Source: Clostridia bacterium
GTDB lineage: Bacteria > Bacillota > Clostridia > Oscillospirales > CAG-272
NCBI GenBank assembly: GCA_017472305.1
Contig: JAFUQP010000016.1
Coordinates: 5,960 to 69,959, forward strand
Length of the DNA stretch: 64,000 nucleotides
Direction: 5' to 3'
The notes beneath the pieces were generated by a model. It worked only from the letters and a program-made list of their open reading frames with translations. It had not been told where the DNA came from and searched no databases. The translations under genes and the position numbers were made by a program. This document shows positions 37,062 to 46,678 of the stretch, piece after piece. The number at the start of each line of letters is the position of its first letter. Position 1 is the first letter of the stretch.

Positions 37062-38360
37062 TCAAACGCGCGCTACTTTCTTTGCCGCATCACGCCTCGC
37101 CTTGACAATCTTGTATAGCTCCTCTGCCGCAAGACGGGTTTTCGCAACTATGTCACCCTCCGCCTTCGGGAAGCAGTAGAAGAGATGCTCGTTATTGCCA
37201 ATACAGATAACGTCGCCGATTTCATACCAGTTGAAATCAGAGTTTATGCTATAGGACGAAAGCGGCTTCTGCTCGTAATGGAGCTTGCCGTCGCAGCCGT
37301 CAAGCACGAAGCCGTCCTCGTCGTGGCGAAGTCTGCCGCCGCCGACTCTGTATACGTGCTTATTGTTGACGGTCATAAATATCTCAACGGGAACGTCGAG
37401 CTTATAGACTCCCGCGAGCAGCTCGGCTCTTACCGAGAGCCTCTCCCAGGAATACCAGTCGGGTATATGCTCAAACTCGGTGCTGCCCTCCTCCGCCTTA
37501 AGACTTCCGTACTCGTCGAGGCTGTACTTCTTACCGCAGGCAAAGCAGGTAAGCTCTGTTCCCGAGCCTCGGGTCTTGCCCTCTGCAAGACAGGACGGGC
37601 ACTTATAGAGCACGCGGTTTAAGTAATCTGCGCGGAAGGGCTCGTCAATTCTTATGCGATTGTCCCTCTGCCAGGCAAAGTTATCGAACGAGAACTCTCT
37701 TGTTACGACCTCGAATATTTCGTCGTCACTCATATTCTGAATATCTTCCTTTGAAAGAAGGAACTTTTCCTTTGCCGTCACGGTTACCGAGCTTCTGACC
37801 TGGAGATTGTTATAAAGCGGGTCGCGCGCAAACGCGCCCTCTGTGCGTATCATAACGACGGGAACTCCGAGCATTTTGATAAGCTTTCCGAGCGTTTCGG
37901 GAAGTGTGGTTGAGGTTCCGTCGAAGCTGTAGCCCGCCTCGGGGAACATTACAATCGAGCTCTTCTGCTTTCTCGTTGCGTGGAGCATATTTCTGACAAG
38001 CGCCGTATCAATTACAAACTTGTTGGTCGGAATGCAGCCGATAAGATGCATAAGAAGGCTCTTGCCTATAAACGCGTCCCCCGTCGCGACGATGTTGAAG
38101 GGGCGGGGATAGAGCATAGAGGCGACAATCTCGAGGTCGATAAAGCTCGAGTGGTTCATAAGAAAGAGCGCGGGCTCACGCTTTCCAAGCCTCTCCATTC
38201 CTTCCTTTTCAAAGGTGAAGTGCGACTTCTTAAGGTCGGGAGCCGCAACCACCTTCATAAGCGTTCTGAAGAAAATATCGGGCTTGTGGGGCTTTACGCG
38301 CTTTTCCTTTTTAAGCGCCATAACCTCGTCGAAGGACTTGTCGATTACCTTGATTTTCAT
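37062..38360 (-). CDS. PlsC-type lysophospholipid acyltransferase with a C-terminal Cys-containing extension
   Basis: NHSSFID (NHxxxxD) and FPEAG motifs; CPSC...CFAC. Confidence 0.85.
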   Translation of the reverse strand: MKIKVIDKSFDEVMALKKEKRVKPHKPDIFFRTLMKVVAAPDLKKSHFTFEKEGMERLGKREPALFLMNHSSFIDLEIVASMLYPRPFNIVATGDAFIGKSLLMHLIGCIPTNKFVIDTALVRNMLHATRKQKSSIVMFPEAGYSFDGTSTTLPETLGKLIKMLGVPVVMIRTEGAFARDPLYNNLQVRSSVTVTAKEKFLLSKEDIQNMSDDEIFEVVTREFSFDNFAWQRDNRIRIDEPFRADYLNRVLYKCPSCLAEGKTRGSGTELTCFACGKKYSLDEYGSLKAEEGSTEFEHIPDWYSWERLSVRAELLAGVYKLDVPVEIFMTVNNKHVYRVGGGRLRHDEDGFVLDGCDGKLHYEQKPLSSYSINSDFNWYEIGDVICIGNNEHLFYCFPKAEGDIVAKTRLAAEELYKIVKARRDAAKKVARV

Positions 38361-38673
38361 AAGTTATCCATTCCTTTATGCACACTCGTTGGAAAGCCAA
38401 ATTGAGCTCGCCTTACTCATCTATTTTATCATAAAATATAGACAAAATCAACCGTTATGTCAATGTTTTGAAGATTTATTAAAAAATTGTGAACGATTTC
38501 AACAAAAATTTGCCGCCGCTACTATTGATTTTATACAGTAAATTATGTATAATAAATACAGACTATAAGCGTGCTATGCGACAATACAGTGCTTGTGTGC
38601 TCGGCTTCACAACGGCTAACCGTCAAAAAAACAGGCACAGGGCAATCGGCGCGTATTACTGATTGGAGATTTT

Positions 38674-40218
38674 ATGCTATCAAAGGTTTTCAGCTCGGGA
38701 GTAATAGGAATAGAGGGCTTCCCCGTCACGGTCGAATGCAGTGCGTGGGACAGAATACCGCACTTTGAGCTGGTCGGACTTCCCGACGCGGCAGTCAAGG
38801 AGGCAAAGAACCGCGTGCGCTCGGCTTGCGAGAACAGCGGCTATGCCTTTCCGCCGATGGATATTATGGTAAACCTCGCTCCTGCCGACGTAAAGAAGGA
38901 GGGCTCTGCGTTTGACCTTGCTATAATGACGGCAATTCTCCAGTGTGACAGAATTATTCCCTCGGAGTGCGACCTGTCGGACAAGTGCCTTGTCGGCGAG
39001 CTGTCGCTCTCGGGCGAGGTGCGCTCGGTCAACGGCATACTGTCTATGACCATTTCGGCAAGGGACGAGGGCAAGCGAGAGATTTTCGTGCCGAAGGACA
39101 ACGCCGACGAGGCTGCAATAGTTGACGGCATTACGGTATACGGAGTAAGCACTCTCCGTCAGCTTATAAATCACTTAAAGGGCAGAGAAAAAATCATACC
39201 CACACCCCACGACGCAAAGGACTACGACCTCTCCTCTCATACGGGCGAGGCGGATTTCTCCGACGTGCGCGGTCAGTATAAAGCAAAGAGAGCGCTCGAG
39301 ATTGCCGCGGCAGGCGGCCACAACGTCCTTATGATAGGCCCGCCCGGTGCGGGTAAATCAATGCTTGCAAAGAGGCTCTCCTCAATTTTACCCGACATGA
39401 CCTTCGAGGAAGCGCTCGAGGTTACGAAAATACAGTCGGTCACGGGAAATCTTCGCAAGAGCCTTGTAACCGAGCGCCCCTTCCGCTCTCCGCACCACAC
39501 GGCAACAGTTCCCGCGCTGATTGGCGGCGGCAGCGGAGCGCGCCCGGGAGAAATCAGCCTTGCCTCGGGTGGAATTCTGTTCCTTGACGAGCTGCCCGAG
39601 TTCCCAAAATCGGTTACCGAGGCTCTCCGTCAGCCTCTCGAGGACGGTAAGGTAACGGTGTCGCGCGCCTCGGCAAAGCTATCCTACCCCGCAAGCTTTA
39701 TGCTCGTGGCGGCAATGAACCCCTGCCGTTGCGGCTACTTTGGCGACCCGACGAGAAAGTGCAGCTGCACCCCCGAGTCGATAAGCAAGTACCTCGGAAA
39801 GGTTTCGGGCCCTCTGCTTGACAGAATTGATATAGAGATAGAGCTGCCCGCGGTGTCATATAACGAAATATCGGGTAAGACCAAGCCCGGCGAGCCCTCG
39901 GCGGTAATACGCGAGAGGGTAAACCGCGCACGCCGCTTCACAGAGGAAAGGCTTATACGCGGCGGCGACAAGCCCGGCACTCTCAATGCGAGAATGAGCA
40001 CCGAGCAGCTGCACAGATACTGCACACCAAACGAAGAGGGCGCGGCACTTCTGAAGGAAGCCTTTGAAACCCTCGGGCTATCGGCAAGAGGCTACGACAG
40101 GGTTCTGCGCGTTGCGAGAACTATTGCCGACCTTGACGGCGAGGAAGAGATAAATGCCGACCACATAGGCGAGGCGATAATGTATCGCTCGCTCGACAGA
40201 AAGTACTGGAAACGCTGA
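38674..40218 (+). CDS. comM: YifB/ComM family Mg-chelatase-like AAA+ ATPase
   Basis: VGLPDAAVKEA..RV, VNLAPAD..KEG, GPPGAGKS, RPFRSPHH, LFLDELPEF, SGPLLDRID, LSARGYDRVLRVARTIADL. Confidence 0.93.
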   Translation: MLSKVFSSGVIGIEGFPVTVECSAWDRIPHFELVGLPDAAVKEAKNRVRSACENSGYAFPPMDIMVNLAPADVKKEGSAFDLAIMTAILQCDRIIPSECDLSDKCLVGELSLSGEVRSVNGILSMTISARDEGKREIFVPKDNADEAAIVDGITVYGVSTLRQLINHLKGREKIIPTPHDAKDYDLSSHTGEADFSDVRGQYKAKRALEIAAAGGHNVLMIGPPGAGKSMLAKRLSSILPDMTFEEALEVTKIQSVTGNLRKSLVTERPFRSPHHTATVPALIGGGSGARPGEISLASGGILFLDELPEFPKSVTEALRQPLEDGKVTVSRASAKLSYPASFMLVAAMNPCRCGYFGDPTRKCSCTPESISKYLGKVSGPLLDRIDIEIELPAVSYNEISGKTKPGEPSAVIRERVNRARRFTEERLIRGGDKPGTLNARMSTEQLHRYCTPNEEGAALLKEAFETLGLSARGYDRVLRVARTIADLDGEEEINADHIGEAIMYRSLDRKYWKR

Positions 40219-40420
40219 TAACAGGGTTTTTGACTACAGTTGTTTACATTTTTCGGCGCGCATTTGCAAAATCGGCTGCCGTCCGATTTCCGATTAAGTG
40301 CGTTTGGCGGCCAAGACCTTGAGTTTTGGAGTTCTGTTCCCAAATTCCGCCCAAAGGGCAGCAAGGAAAATTCATTTATGCTTGTAGAGTCGCCCGTTTG
40401 GCGACGGAATGGAGATTAAT

Positions 40421-42646
40421 ATGAGAAGACGTAGCAAGCTCCCCGAGCTTCTTTCGCCTGCGGGTGATTTCAGGTGTCTTCTTGCCGCGGTGGCGGCAGG
40501 GGCTGACGCCGTGTACGTTGGCGGCAAGAAATTCGGTGCGCGAGCCTATGCCAAAAACTTCGATACCGAAGAGCTATTCCGCGCTGTCAGGTACTGCCAC
40601 CTGCACGGAGTAAGGCTCTACGTGACCTTAAATACTCTCGTCTACGACAGGGAGCTTTCAGAGGCGGTAGAATATGCAAGGGAGCTATACCGCATAGGGG
40701 TTGACGCGATTATCGCAGCCGACCTCGGTGTTATTTCGGCTATAAAGAGAGCCGTCCCCGATATGGAGATACACGCATCGACTCAGATGTCGGTGCATAA
40801 CTCTGTCGGCGCAGACGAGGCAGGGGGGCTTGGCATAAGCCGAGTCGTGCTTGCGCGCGAGCTTTCGCTTGAAAATATAAGGCTCGCGACGGAGAATTCC
40901 TCTGTCGAGATTGAGGTATTTCTTCACGGCGCGCTCTGCGTTTGCCACTCGGGGCAGTGCCTCTTTTCCTCGCTCGTCGGCGGAAGAAGCGGCAACCGCG
41001 GTGAATGCGCCCAGCCCTGCAGGCTTCCCTACGACGGCGGAAAATACCCCTTATCGCTCCGCGACCTCTCGCTTGCCTCGCATATTCCCGAGCTTATCGA
41101 GTCGGGGGTTGCCTCGCTGAAAATCGAGGGGCGAATGAAATCAGCGGAATACGTTTACACAGTAACGAGGATATACAGACGGCTTCTTGACGAGGGACGG
41201 CGCGCGAGTGCCGAAGAGGAAGAGGAGCTTCGCCGCGCCTTTTCTCGCGGTGGCTTCACCGACGGATACCTCACGGGAAGGACAGACAGGAATATGACCG
41301 GAGTTCGCAGCGAGAGCGACAAGGAGTCCTCGAGGAGCATTGAGGAGATGACCTTTGAGCCCTTGCGGATACCGATAAGTGCCGCGGCAAGCTTCAGGCT
41401 CGGCTTACCCTCGTCCTTAACCCTCACCGACGGCAGAAAAACCGTTACCGCCCTCGGCAAAGCCCCCGTGACAGCCGAGAGCTCGCCTCTTACAGAGGAC
41501 AGCCTTTCAAAGAGGCTTGCAAAAATGGGTAACACCTTCCTCTCGCTCTCTGAGAATGCAATTCAGATTGAGCTCGACGAGGGTATAAACCTCTCACCTG
41601 CCGATATAAACGCGCTTCGCCGAGAGGCGGCAGAGCTGTTTGAGTCGCAGTCAAGAGAGCCGTCGATGATTGAATACACCCCTGTAAAGAGAGCCGACGG
41701 CGAAGAAAAATTCCTCTCGGCGCTCTTCCTTAACGCCACATCCTACAGAGAGGCAAAACAAAAGAGCCCCGCGCTTTTCGATAGGCTCACCTACACCTTC
41801 CTGCCGATAACAGAAGATATTCCCGAAGGCGCGGGGGTATATATTCCGCCCGTTGTCACCGACACGGAGTTGACCGAGATTACCTCGCTTCTCAGTGAGC
41901 ACAGGTCGCGCGGTGTCGGCTACGCGCTCTGCGGAAACCTCGGTGCGATAGCTCTCGCCTCTTCGCTCGGGCTTACCCCGATAGGCGATTTCAGACTTAA
42001 CGTAACGAACGCCGAGAGCCGCGAGGCATACCGCAAAATGGGTGTCACAAAAGCAATACTCTCGCCAGAATTAACCCTACCTCAGGCGCGCGACGTCGGC
42101 GGCACGGTAATCGGCTACGGAAGAATTCCGCTAATGCTCACCGAGCGCTGCTTCATTAAGGAAAACTATGGCTGCGACTCTTGCGGCACCGCCGCCCTGA
42201 CCGATAGGCGCGGCGAGAGGTTTCCTATGCTGCGCGAGCACCGACACAGAAACCTCATACTCAACTCGAAGGTAACCTATATCGGCGACAAGCCCGAGGA
42301 GCTTTTACAGAACCGCATTTTCTCCTCGCACCTTCTTTTCACAGTCGAGTCCGCGGAGGAAATCTCCTCGGCGATAAGGAGCTACACCGAGGGGGCTCCG
42401 CTCGTCGGCACCGACGTCAGAAGAATAGGCGGAAGAGCCACACCGAAGGACGGCTCCGAAAGATTGTCAGCTCCCGGAAGGCGCGGCACGCTGCCGACCG
42501 AAAGGTCGAGAGGCGGCTCTATCCCGCACAAAAAGAAACCGCCTCTGCCGAAGCAAAGACAGGGCTACGAGGGCAAGGGCTCGGGCAAGACCGTCTTGCA
42601 TCAGCCCGGCGCAAAATTCAAGAAAAACATTCAAAAGGGTAAATAA
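40421..42646 (+). CDS. Peptidase U32 family protein (RlhA-like, DUF3656)
   Basis: PELLSPAG, GADAVY.G, HASTQ, HGALC..SGQC..S..GGRSGNRG.CAQPCR, LKIEGRMK. Confidence 0.88.
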   Translation: MRRRSKLPELLSPAGDFRCLLAAVAAGADAVYVGGKKFGARAYAKNFDTEELFRAVRYCHLHGVRLYVTLNTLVYDRELSEAVEYARELYRIGVDAIIAADLGVISAIKRAVPDMEIHASTQMSVHNSVGADEAGGLGISRVVLARELSLENIRLATENSSVEIEVFLHGALCVCHSGQCLFSSLVGGRSGNRGECAQPCRLPYDGGKYPLSLRDLSLASHIPELIESGVASLKIEGRMKSAEYVYTVTRIYRRLLDEGRRASAEEEEELRRAFSRGGFTDGYLTGRTDRNMTGVRSESDKESSRSIEEMTFEPLRIPISAAASFRLGLPSSLTLTDGRKTVTALGKAPVTAESSPLTEDSLSKRLAKMGNTFLSLSENAIQIELDEGINLSPADINALRREAAELFESQSREPSMIEYTPVKRADGEEKFLSALFLNATSYREAKQKSPALFDRLTYTFLPITEDIPEGAGVYIPPVVTDTELTEITSLLSEHRSRGVGYALCGNLGAIALASSLGLTPIGDFRLNVTNAESREAYRKMGVTKAILSPELTLPQARDVGGTVIGYGRIPLMLTERCFIKENYGCDSCGTAALTDRRGERFPMLREHRHRNLILNSKVTYIGDKPEELLQNRIFSSHLLFTVESAEEISSAIRSYTEGAPLVGTDVRRIGGRATPKDGSERLSAPGRRGTLPTERSRGGSIPHKKKPPLPKQRQGYEGKGSGKTVLHQPGAKFKKNIQKGK

Positions 42647-42801
42647 TTATTTACATAAACGAGCAAAAAAAGAGGAAGCATTTCAGCTATGAAGCCGATT
42701 TGTTTCCTCTTTCTGCCGTTATATGAGCCTCTCTCGCAGAGCGTTGTTATTCGCCCACGCTTACACCGAGGCTTGGGATTTGCGTTTTTATATTCTTTCG
42801 A

Positions 42802-44262
42802 TTATCGAAGCTCGGTGAGCTGGAAGTCAGTGTCCTCTGTGGGGGTCGGAACAGTGACCGTCACGTCAAAGGTTCTGTCGCCTCTTGTGATATTGACGGT
42901 GACCGTGCTGCCTGCTCTGGCGGTATACATATGGTCTATAACGTGGTGGATTCTGTAAACCTCGTGACGTACTCCGTCAACGGTTATCGAGTTGATTATA
43001 TCGTTTGTCTGAAGGGGCGAGGTGCCGTCCTCGGGATTTATAAGGAAGCTCGTTTCCACAATGTCGGAAATCACTACCATCTCCGCCTTGTAGAGTCTTC
43101 CTGTGTCGGGGTCTATTCTGGCGCCCGTAACGAGGCTCGTCACCGTCACACCTAGAAGCACCCTGTAGCCTGTCGTCGTGTATATTCCGTCTGCGTAGTA
43201 GAGAATGTTGTCAACTATGTTCTTTGCAAGGTTAATCGGGATTGCCCAGGCGATATTATCTACCTCGCTGCCCGTCTTCTTTGCGTTGACTATGCCGATA
43301 AGCTTACCCGACTCGTCGTAAAGACCGCCGCCCGAGTTACCGGGGTTTATCGCTGCCGAAACACGCATAACGCGAAGGTTAAGAGAGGTTACGCCGTCAG
43401 CGCCCGTCATTGAAAGCGACTCGCTGTCAACGCTGACAATACCGTCGGTTGCCGCCATTCCGTCGCCCTCGGGATTTCCCACCGCAAAGACCTTATCGTA
43501 GACCGAAACCAGGTCGGAGTCGCCGATTATCACCTCCTGGGCACAGCTGTTCTTTATAACATCGCTATCCTCGATTTTCAGCACCGCGAGGTCCTCTGTA
43601 AGCGAGCCGCCGATAAAGGTTGCGGGAATTTTGTAATCTGAATACTCCTGGCCGTAAAGGTAAACCTCTATATCGTTAGACACCTTGTTCCAGGTTATCG
43701 AGTCCTTGTCGTATACAACGTGGAAATTGGTTATAATAATTGCATCGCCCGACTCTCTGTCAAGCTTGTATATAACCCCCGAGCCTGCCGAGCTGTCGGG
43801 ATAGGTGTAGGAGTAATCGTAGTCGCTCGTTACCTCGAAATTCGATATTATAACGACAGTCGAAAGAAGGCTACGCTCAATACCTGTGATTTTGTCGGCA
43901 AGCGCGGCATTCTCCTCACTGTCGGGCAGATAGTCACCGCTATATCCGGGAAGAGGAAGCGTGCCCTCTGTGTCGGTGCCACCTTCGCCCGAGCCTTCAC
44001 CGTCGCCCGAGCCATCGCCCGAGCCATCTCCCGAACCCTCGCCGTCAAGAGAGCTATCTCCCGAGGTAGAGCTGTTCTGTGAGCCTGAGCCGTCGCCTTC
44101 AAGCGCACTGTCACCCGAGCCCGAGCCGCCGGCTCCTGTGTCGCCAAAATTACCAACCTCGTCAGGAAGAAATCGGTCAACGAGCGCAAGACAGGAGGTC
44201 ATAGACACAGTCATTGCCAGCGATATTATTATTGCAAAAATCAAAGAAACAGTCTTTTTCAT
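42802..44262 (-). CDS. HtrA/DegP-like trypsin protease with PDZ domain, probable lipoprotein
   Basis: AGSGVIY, ITNFHVV, DLAVLKI, AINPGNSGG; N-terminus MKKTVSLIFAII..MTS-C; Gly/Ser/Asp linker. Confidence 0.9.
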   Translation of the reverse strand: MKKTVSLIFAIIISLAMTVSMTSCLALVDRFLPDEVGNFGDTGAGGSGSGDSALEGDGSGSQNSSTSGDSSLDGEGSGDGSGDGSGDGEGSGEGGTDTEGTLPLPGYSGDYLPDSEENAALADKITGIERSLLSTVVIISNFEVTSDYDYSYTYPDSSAGSGVIYKLDRESGDAIIITNFHVVYDKDSITWNKVSNDIEVYLYGQEYSDYKIPATFIGGSLTEDLAVLKIEDSDVIKNSCAQEVIIGDSDLVSVYDKVFAVGNPEGDGMAATDGIVSVDSESLSMTGADGVTSLNLRVMRVSAAINPGNSGGGLYDESGKLIGIVNAKKTGSEVDNIAWAIPINLAKNIVDNILYYADGIYTTTGYRVLLGVTVTSLVTGARIDPDTGRLYKAEMVVISDIVETSFLINPEDGTSPLQTNDIINSITVDGVRHEVYRIHHVIDHMYTARAGSTVTVNITRGDRTFDVTVTVPTPTEDTDFQLTELR

Positions 44263-44283
44263 ACAATCTCCGTTCATACCGTA

Positions 44284-44320
44284 TAGCCGTAGCAGAGTCG
44301 AACACAAAAACCCGCGACGG
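44284..44320. repeat. Dispersed REP-like element, degenerate copy 3
   Basis: TAGCCGTAGCAGAGTCGAACACAAAAACCCGCGACGG. Confidence 0.55.
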
Positions 44321-44454
44321 ACAGTCGGTAAAATTGCCGCGGCGGTGTCGGGTGCCGCTCGGGCGCTTAAGTTATCCGTATTTTTTGCCGCCGCTTGTTT
44401 TGTAGCTTCCGCAGCAAAAAAACAAATTTGTTCTTTAAGTATACTACAATATTA

Positions 44455-44471
44455 TTAACAGTGTGTTAACA
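44455..44471 (-). promoter_or_regulatory. OmpR/PhoB-family (WalR-type) direct-repeat box upstream of htrA
   Basis: Minus strand reads TGTTAA-CACAC-TGTTAA, followed 11 nt later by TATACT (-10). Confidence 0.6.
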
Positions 44472-44595
44472 AAACGAGTTTTGTTTATATTTTTTTGCTT
44501 TACTCGGCAGACGCTTCGCCCATAGTACGAAAAATTTTGTTGACTTTACGAATAAAATCTGTTAAAATAAATCAAAGACAAAAAGGAGAAGACCT

Positions 44596-45399
44596 ATGCC
44601 ACTCGCAATTATAACCGGTGCGTCCTCGGGAATAGGGCGCGAATTTGCAAGGCAGCTGCGAAGGAGAGGAGTTGACCGCTTCTGGCTGATAGCAAGGCGC
44701 AGAGAACGGCTGGAGGAGCTTTCACGGGAGCTTTCGTGCGAGTGCGAGATAATTTCCGCAGACCTCTCGGACACAGCGGGAATAGCCTCTGTAAAAGAGA
44801 TGCTCGGGGAGAGGACTCCCTCGGTTGACTATCTTATAATGGCGGCGGGCTTTGGCGACTTCGGCGCGCAGGACGAGCTGACCCCCGACGAGTCGGCGAG
44901 GGTTATCGAGGTCAACGTAAGAGCGCTCGTTGAGATAACCAACGCGGCAATCCCCTATATGGCAAGAGGAGGCAGAATAATCGAGCTTGGCAGCGCCTCG
45001 GCGTTTACGCCGCTTCCCTACTTTGCAACCTACGCGGCAAGCAAGTCGTTCGTTCTCCACTACTCGAAGGCGCTATACTACGAGCTTCGCCCAAAGGGTA
45101 TTCACGTAACCTGCGTCTGCCCGGGCTGGGTGCATACCGAGTTTATAGACAAGGCGACCGACACAGAGGGGCTCACAAGACCGAGGCGCGACAGGCTGAA
45201 GCCACTCCTTCGCTGTGAGAAAACCGTAAGGCTTGCGCTCCGTGCCTCTGACAGAAAGAAGAAGATTTACGTCGTCGGCGCGTTTTACAAAATGCAGCAT
45301 ATACTCTTCAAAATTCTGCCCGACGGGCTTCTGTCGCGCGCGTGGCTCTCTATGATTGACAAAAAGACTTTAAAAAGAAGGCTTGAAAAATATGAGTAA
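44596..45399 (+). CDS. Short-chain dehydrogenase/reductase
   Basis: TGASSGIG, YAASK, VCPGWVHT. Confidence 0.92.
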   Translation: MPLAIITGASSGIGREFARQLRRRGVDRFWLIARRRERLEELSRELSCECEIISADLSDTAGIASVKEMLGERTPSVDYLIMAAGFGDFGAQDELTPDESARVIEVNVRALVEITNAAIPYMARGGRIIELGSASAFTPLPYFATYAASKSFVLHYSKALYYELRPKGIHVTCVCPGWVHTEFIDKATDTEGLTRPRRDRLKPLLRCEKTVRLALRASDRKKKIYVVGAFYKMQHILFKILPDGLLSRAWLSMIDKKTLKRRLEKYE

Positions 45400-46183
45400 C
45401 AGAAAAAGCTTTTCCCCGGGAGCACTGACCGCCCCTCTGCCGCCTGCGATTGTAACGGTAGGCGACGGCAAAGAGGACAATATGCTGACGGTTGCCTGGA
45501 CGGGAATACTCGCGACCGTTCCGCCGAAAACCTATATATCGGTCCGTCCGTCGAGGCACTCCTACGGGCTACTAAAGAAATCGGGTGAATTCGTAATAAA
45601 CCTGCCGAGTGCCGATATGGCAAAGACCGTTGATTTCGTCGGAATATACACCGGAGCAAAAATGGACAAGTTTGAGCGCACAGGGCTCACACGGCTAAAG
45701 AGCGAGAAAGTTTCAGCTCCCACGGTCGCCGAATGTCCCGTTGCCCTGGAGTGCCGCGTGAGCGAGGTCCTTCCTATGGGCTCGCACGACGTCTTTATTG
45801 CCGATATCCTCTCGGTATCCTGCCGCGAGGAGCTGCTTGACACAGAGGGCAAGCTGCACTTTGAAAGAGCGAACCTTCTTGCCTATATGCACGGCGAATA
45901 CTATTCGCTCGGCGAGTGTCTCGGCAACTTCGGCTTCAGCACCAAAAAGGAAAAGAAAAAGCCGGGGCGGGCAGCCGAAAAGAACAAAAAAGCGCCTCCG
46001 GCAACAGACAAGGGTATAGGCGCAAAGCCTCAAGGCGCACGCGTCAAAGGCACCGAAGCAAAGCCTCGGGCGACTGTAGTCAAGGATAGCGCCCTACCCG
46101 AGAGCGAGAACGGAAAAGAGCCCTTCTACCTCGCGGTGGTAAAAAACCAAAGGGGAAAAAGGGGAAGGAGTAAAAGACAGTGA
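45392..46183 (+). CDS. Flavin reductase/flavoredoxin family protein with a Lys-rich tail
   Basis: PLPPAIVT, ISVRPSRHS, GEFVINLP, APTVAECPVALEC, GSHDVFIA. Confidence 0.88.
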   Translation: MSNRKSFSPGALTAPLPPAIVTVGDGKEDNMLTVAWTGILATVPPKTYISVRPSRHSYGLLKKSGEFVINLPSADMAKTVDFVGIYTGAKMDKFERTGLTRLKSEKVSAPTVAECPVALECRVSEVLPMGSHDVFIADILSVSCREELLDTEGKLHFERANLLAYMHGEYYSLGECLGNFGFSTKKEKKKPGRAAEKNKKAPPATDKGIGAKPQGARVKGTEAKPRATVVKDSALPESENGKEPFYLAVVKNQRGKRGRSKRQ

Positions 46184-46593
46184 AAAACGATACTACCGAA
46201 AGAATGCGCGAGAGGCTTCTCTCGCTTATAGATGCCGAGTTCGAGAGCGACGCCGCCTTTGAGCGCGAGATGTCACTCTCCGAAAAAACCGTAAACAACT
46301 GGCGGCGCGGCCGCTCGGCTTCGTTTATGAAAATGCTGCCGAGGCTATCAGAGAGATTCGGCGTTAACGTCGGCGAGCTTCTTGATATGCCGCTCCGTCG
46401 CGACACCTCGGAGCTTTCAGAGGACGAGCTTCGCCTGCTTCACCTCTACAGGCGCTCACGCACCCTGCCGCAGAAAATGCGCGCGGCACTGAAGGAAACG
46501 CTCGAGGTCACAATAAACCTCTACATAAGCACTGCAAGCGAGCTTAAGGCAAAGGGAGCGGCAAGGAAAAAGAGCGAGCACAGACAGCAGTAA
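46180..46593 (+). CDS. XRE-family HTH transcriptional regulator
   Basis: FEREMSLSEKTVNNWRRGRS...LSERFGVNVGELL...LSEDELRLLHLYR; GTG start overlaps the upstream stop. Confidence 0.8.
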   Translation: MKNDTTERMRERLLSLIDAEFESDAAFEREMSLSEKTVNNWRRGRSASFMKMLPRLSERFGVNVGELLDMPLRRDTSELSEDELRLLHLYRRSRTLPQKMRAALKETLEVTINLYISTASELKAKGAARKKSEHRQQ

Positions 46594-46678
46594 ATATTTC
46601 CGCTTGACATAGCCCTACGGGTATGCTAAAATATTTAATTATTAAAATAAATGTACCGCTTTTCGGTACGGAGAAAAA

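Noticed and set aside
38560-38673. Riboswitch in the comM leader
   Set aside because: Some pairing potential exists (TGTGC...GCACA), but I see no recognisable aptamer consensus or terminator.
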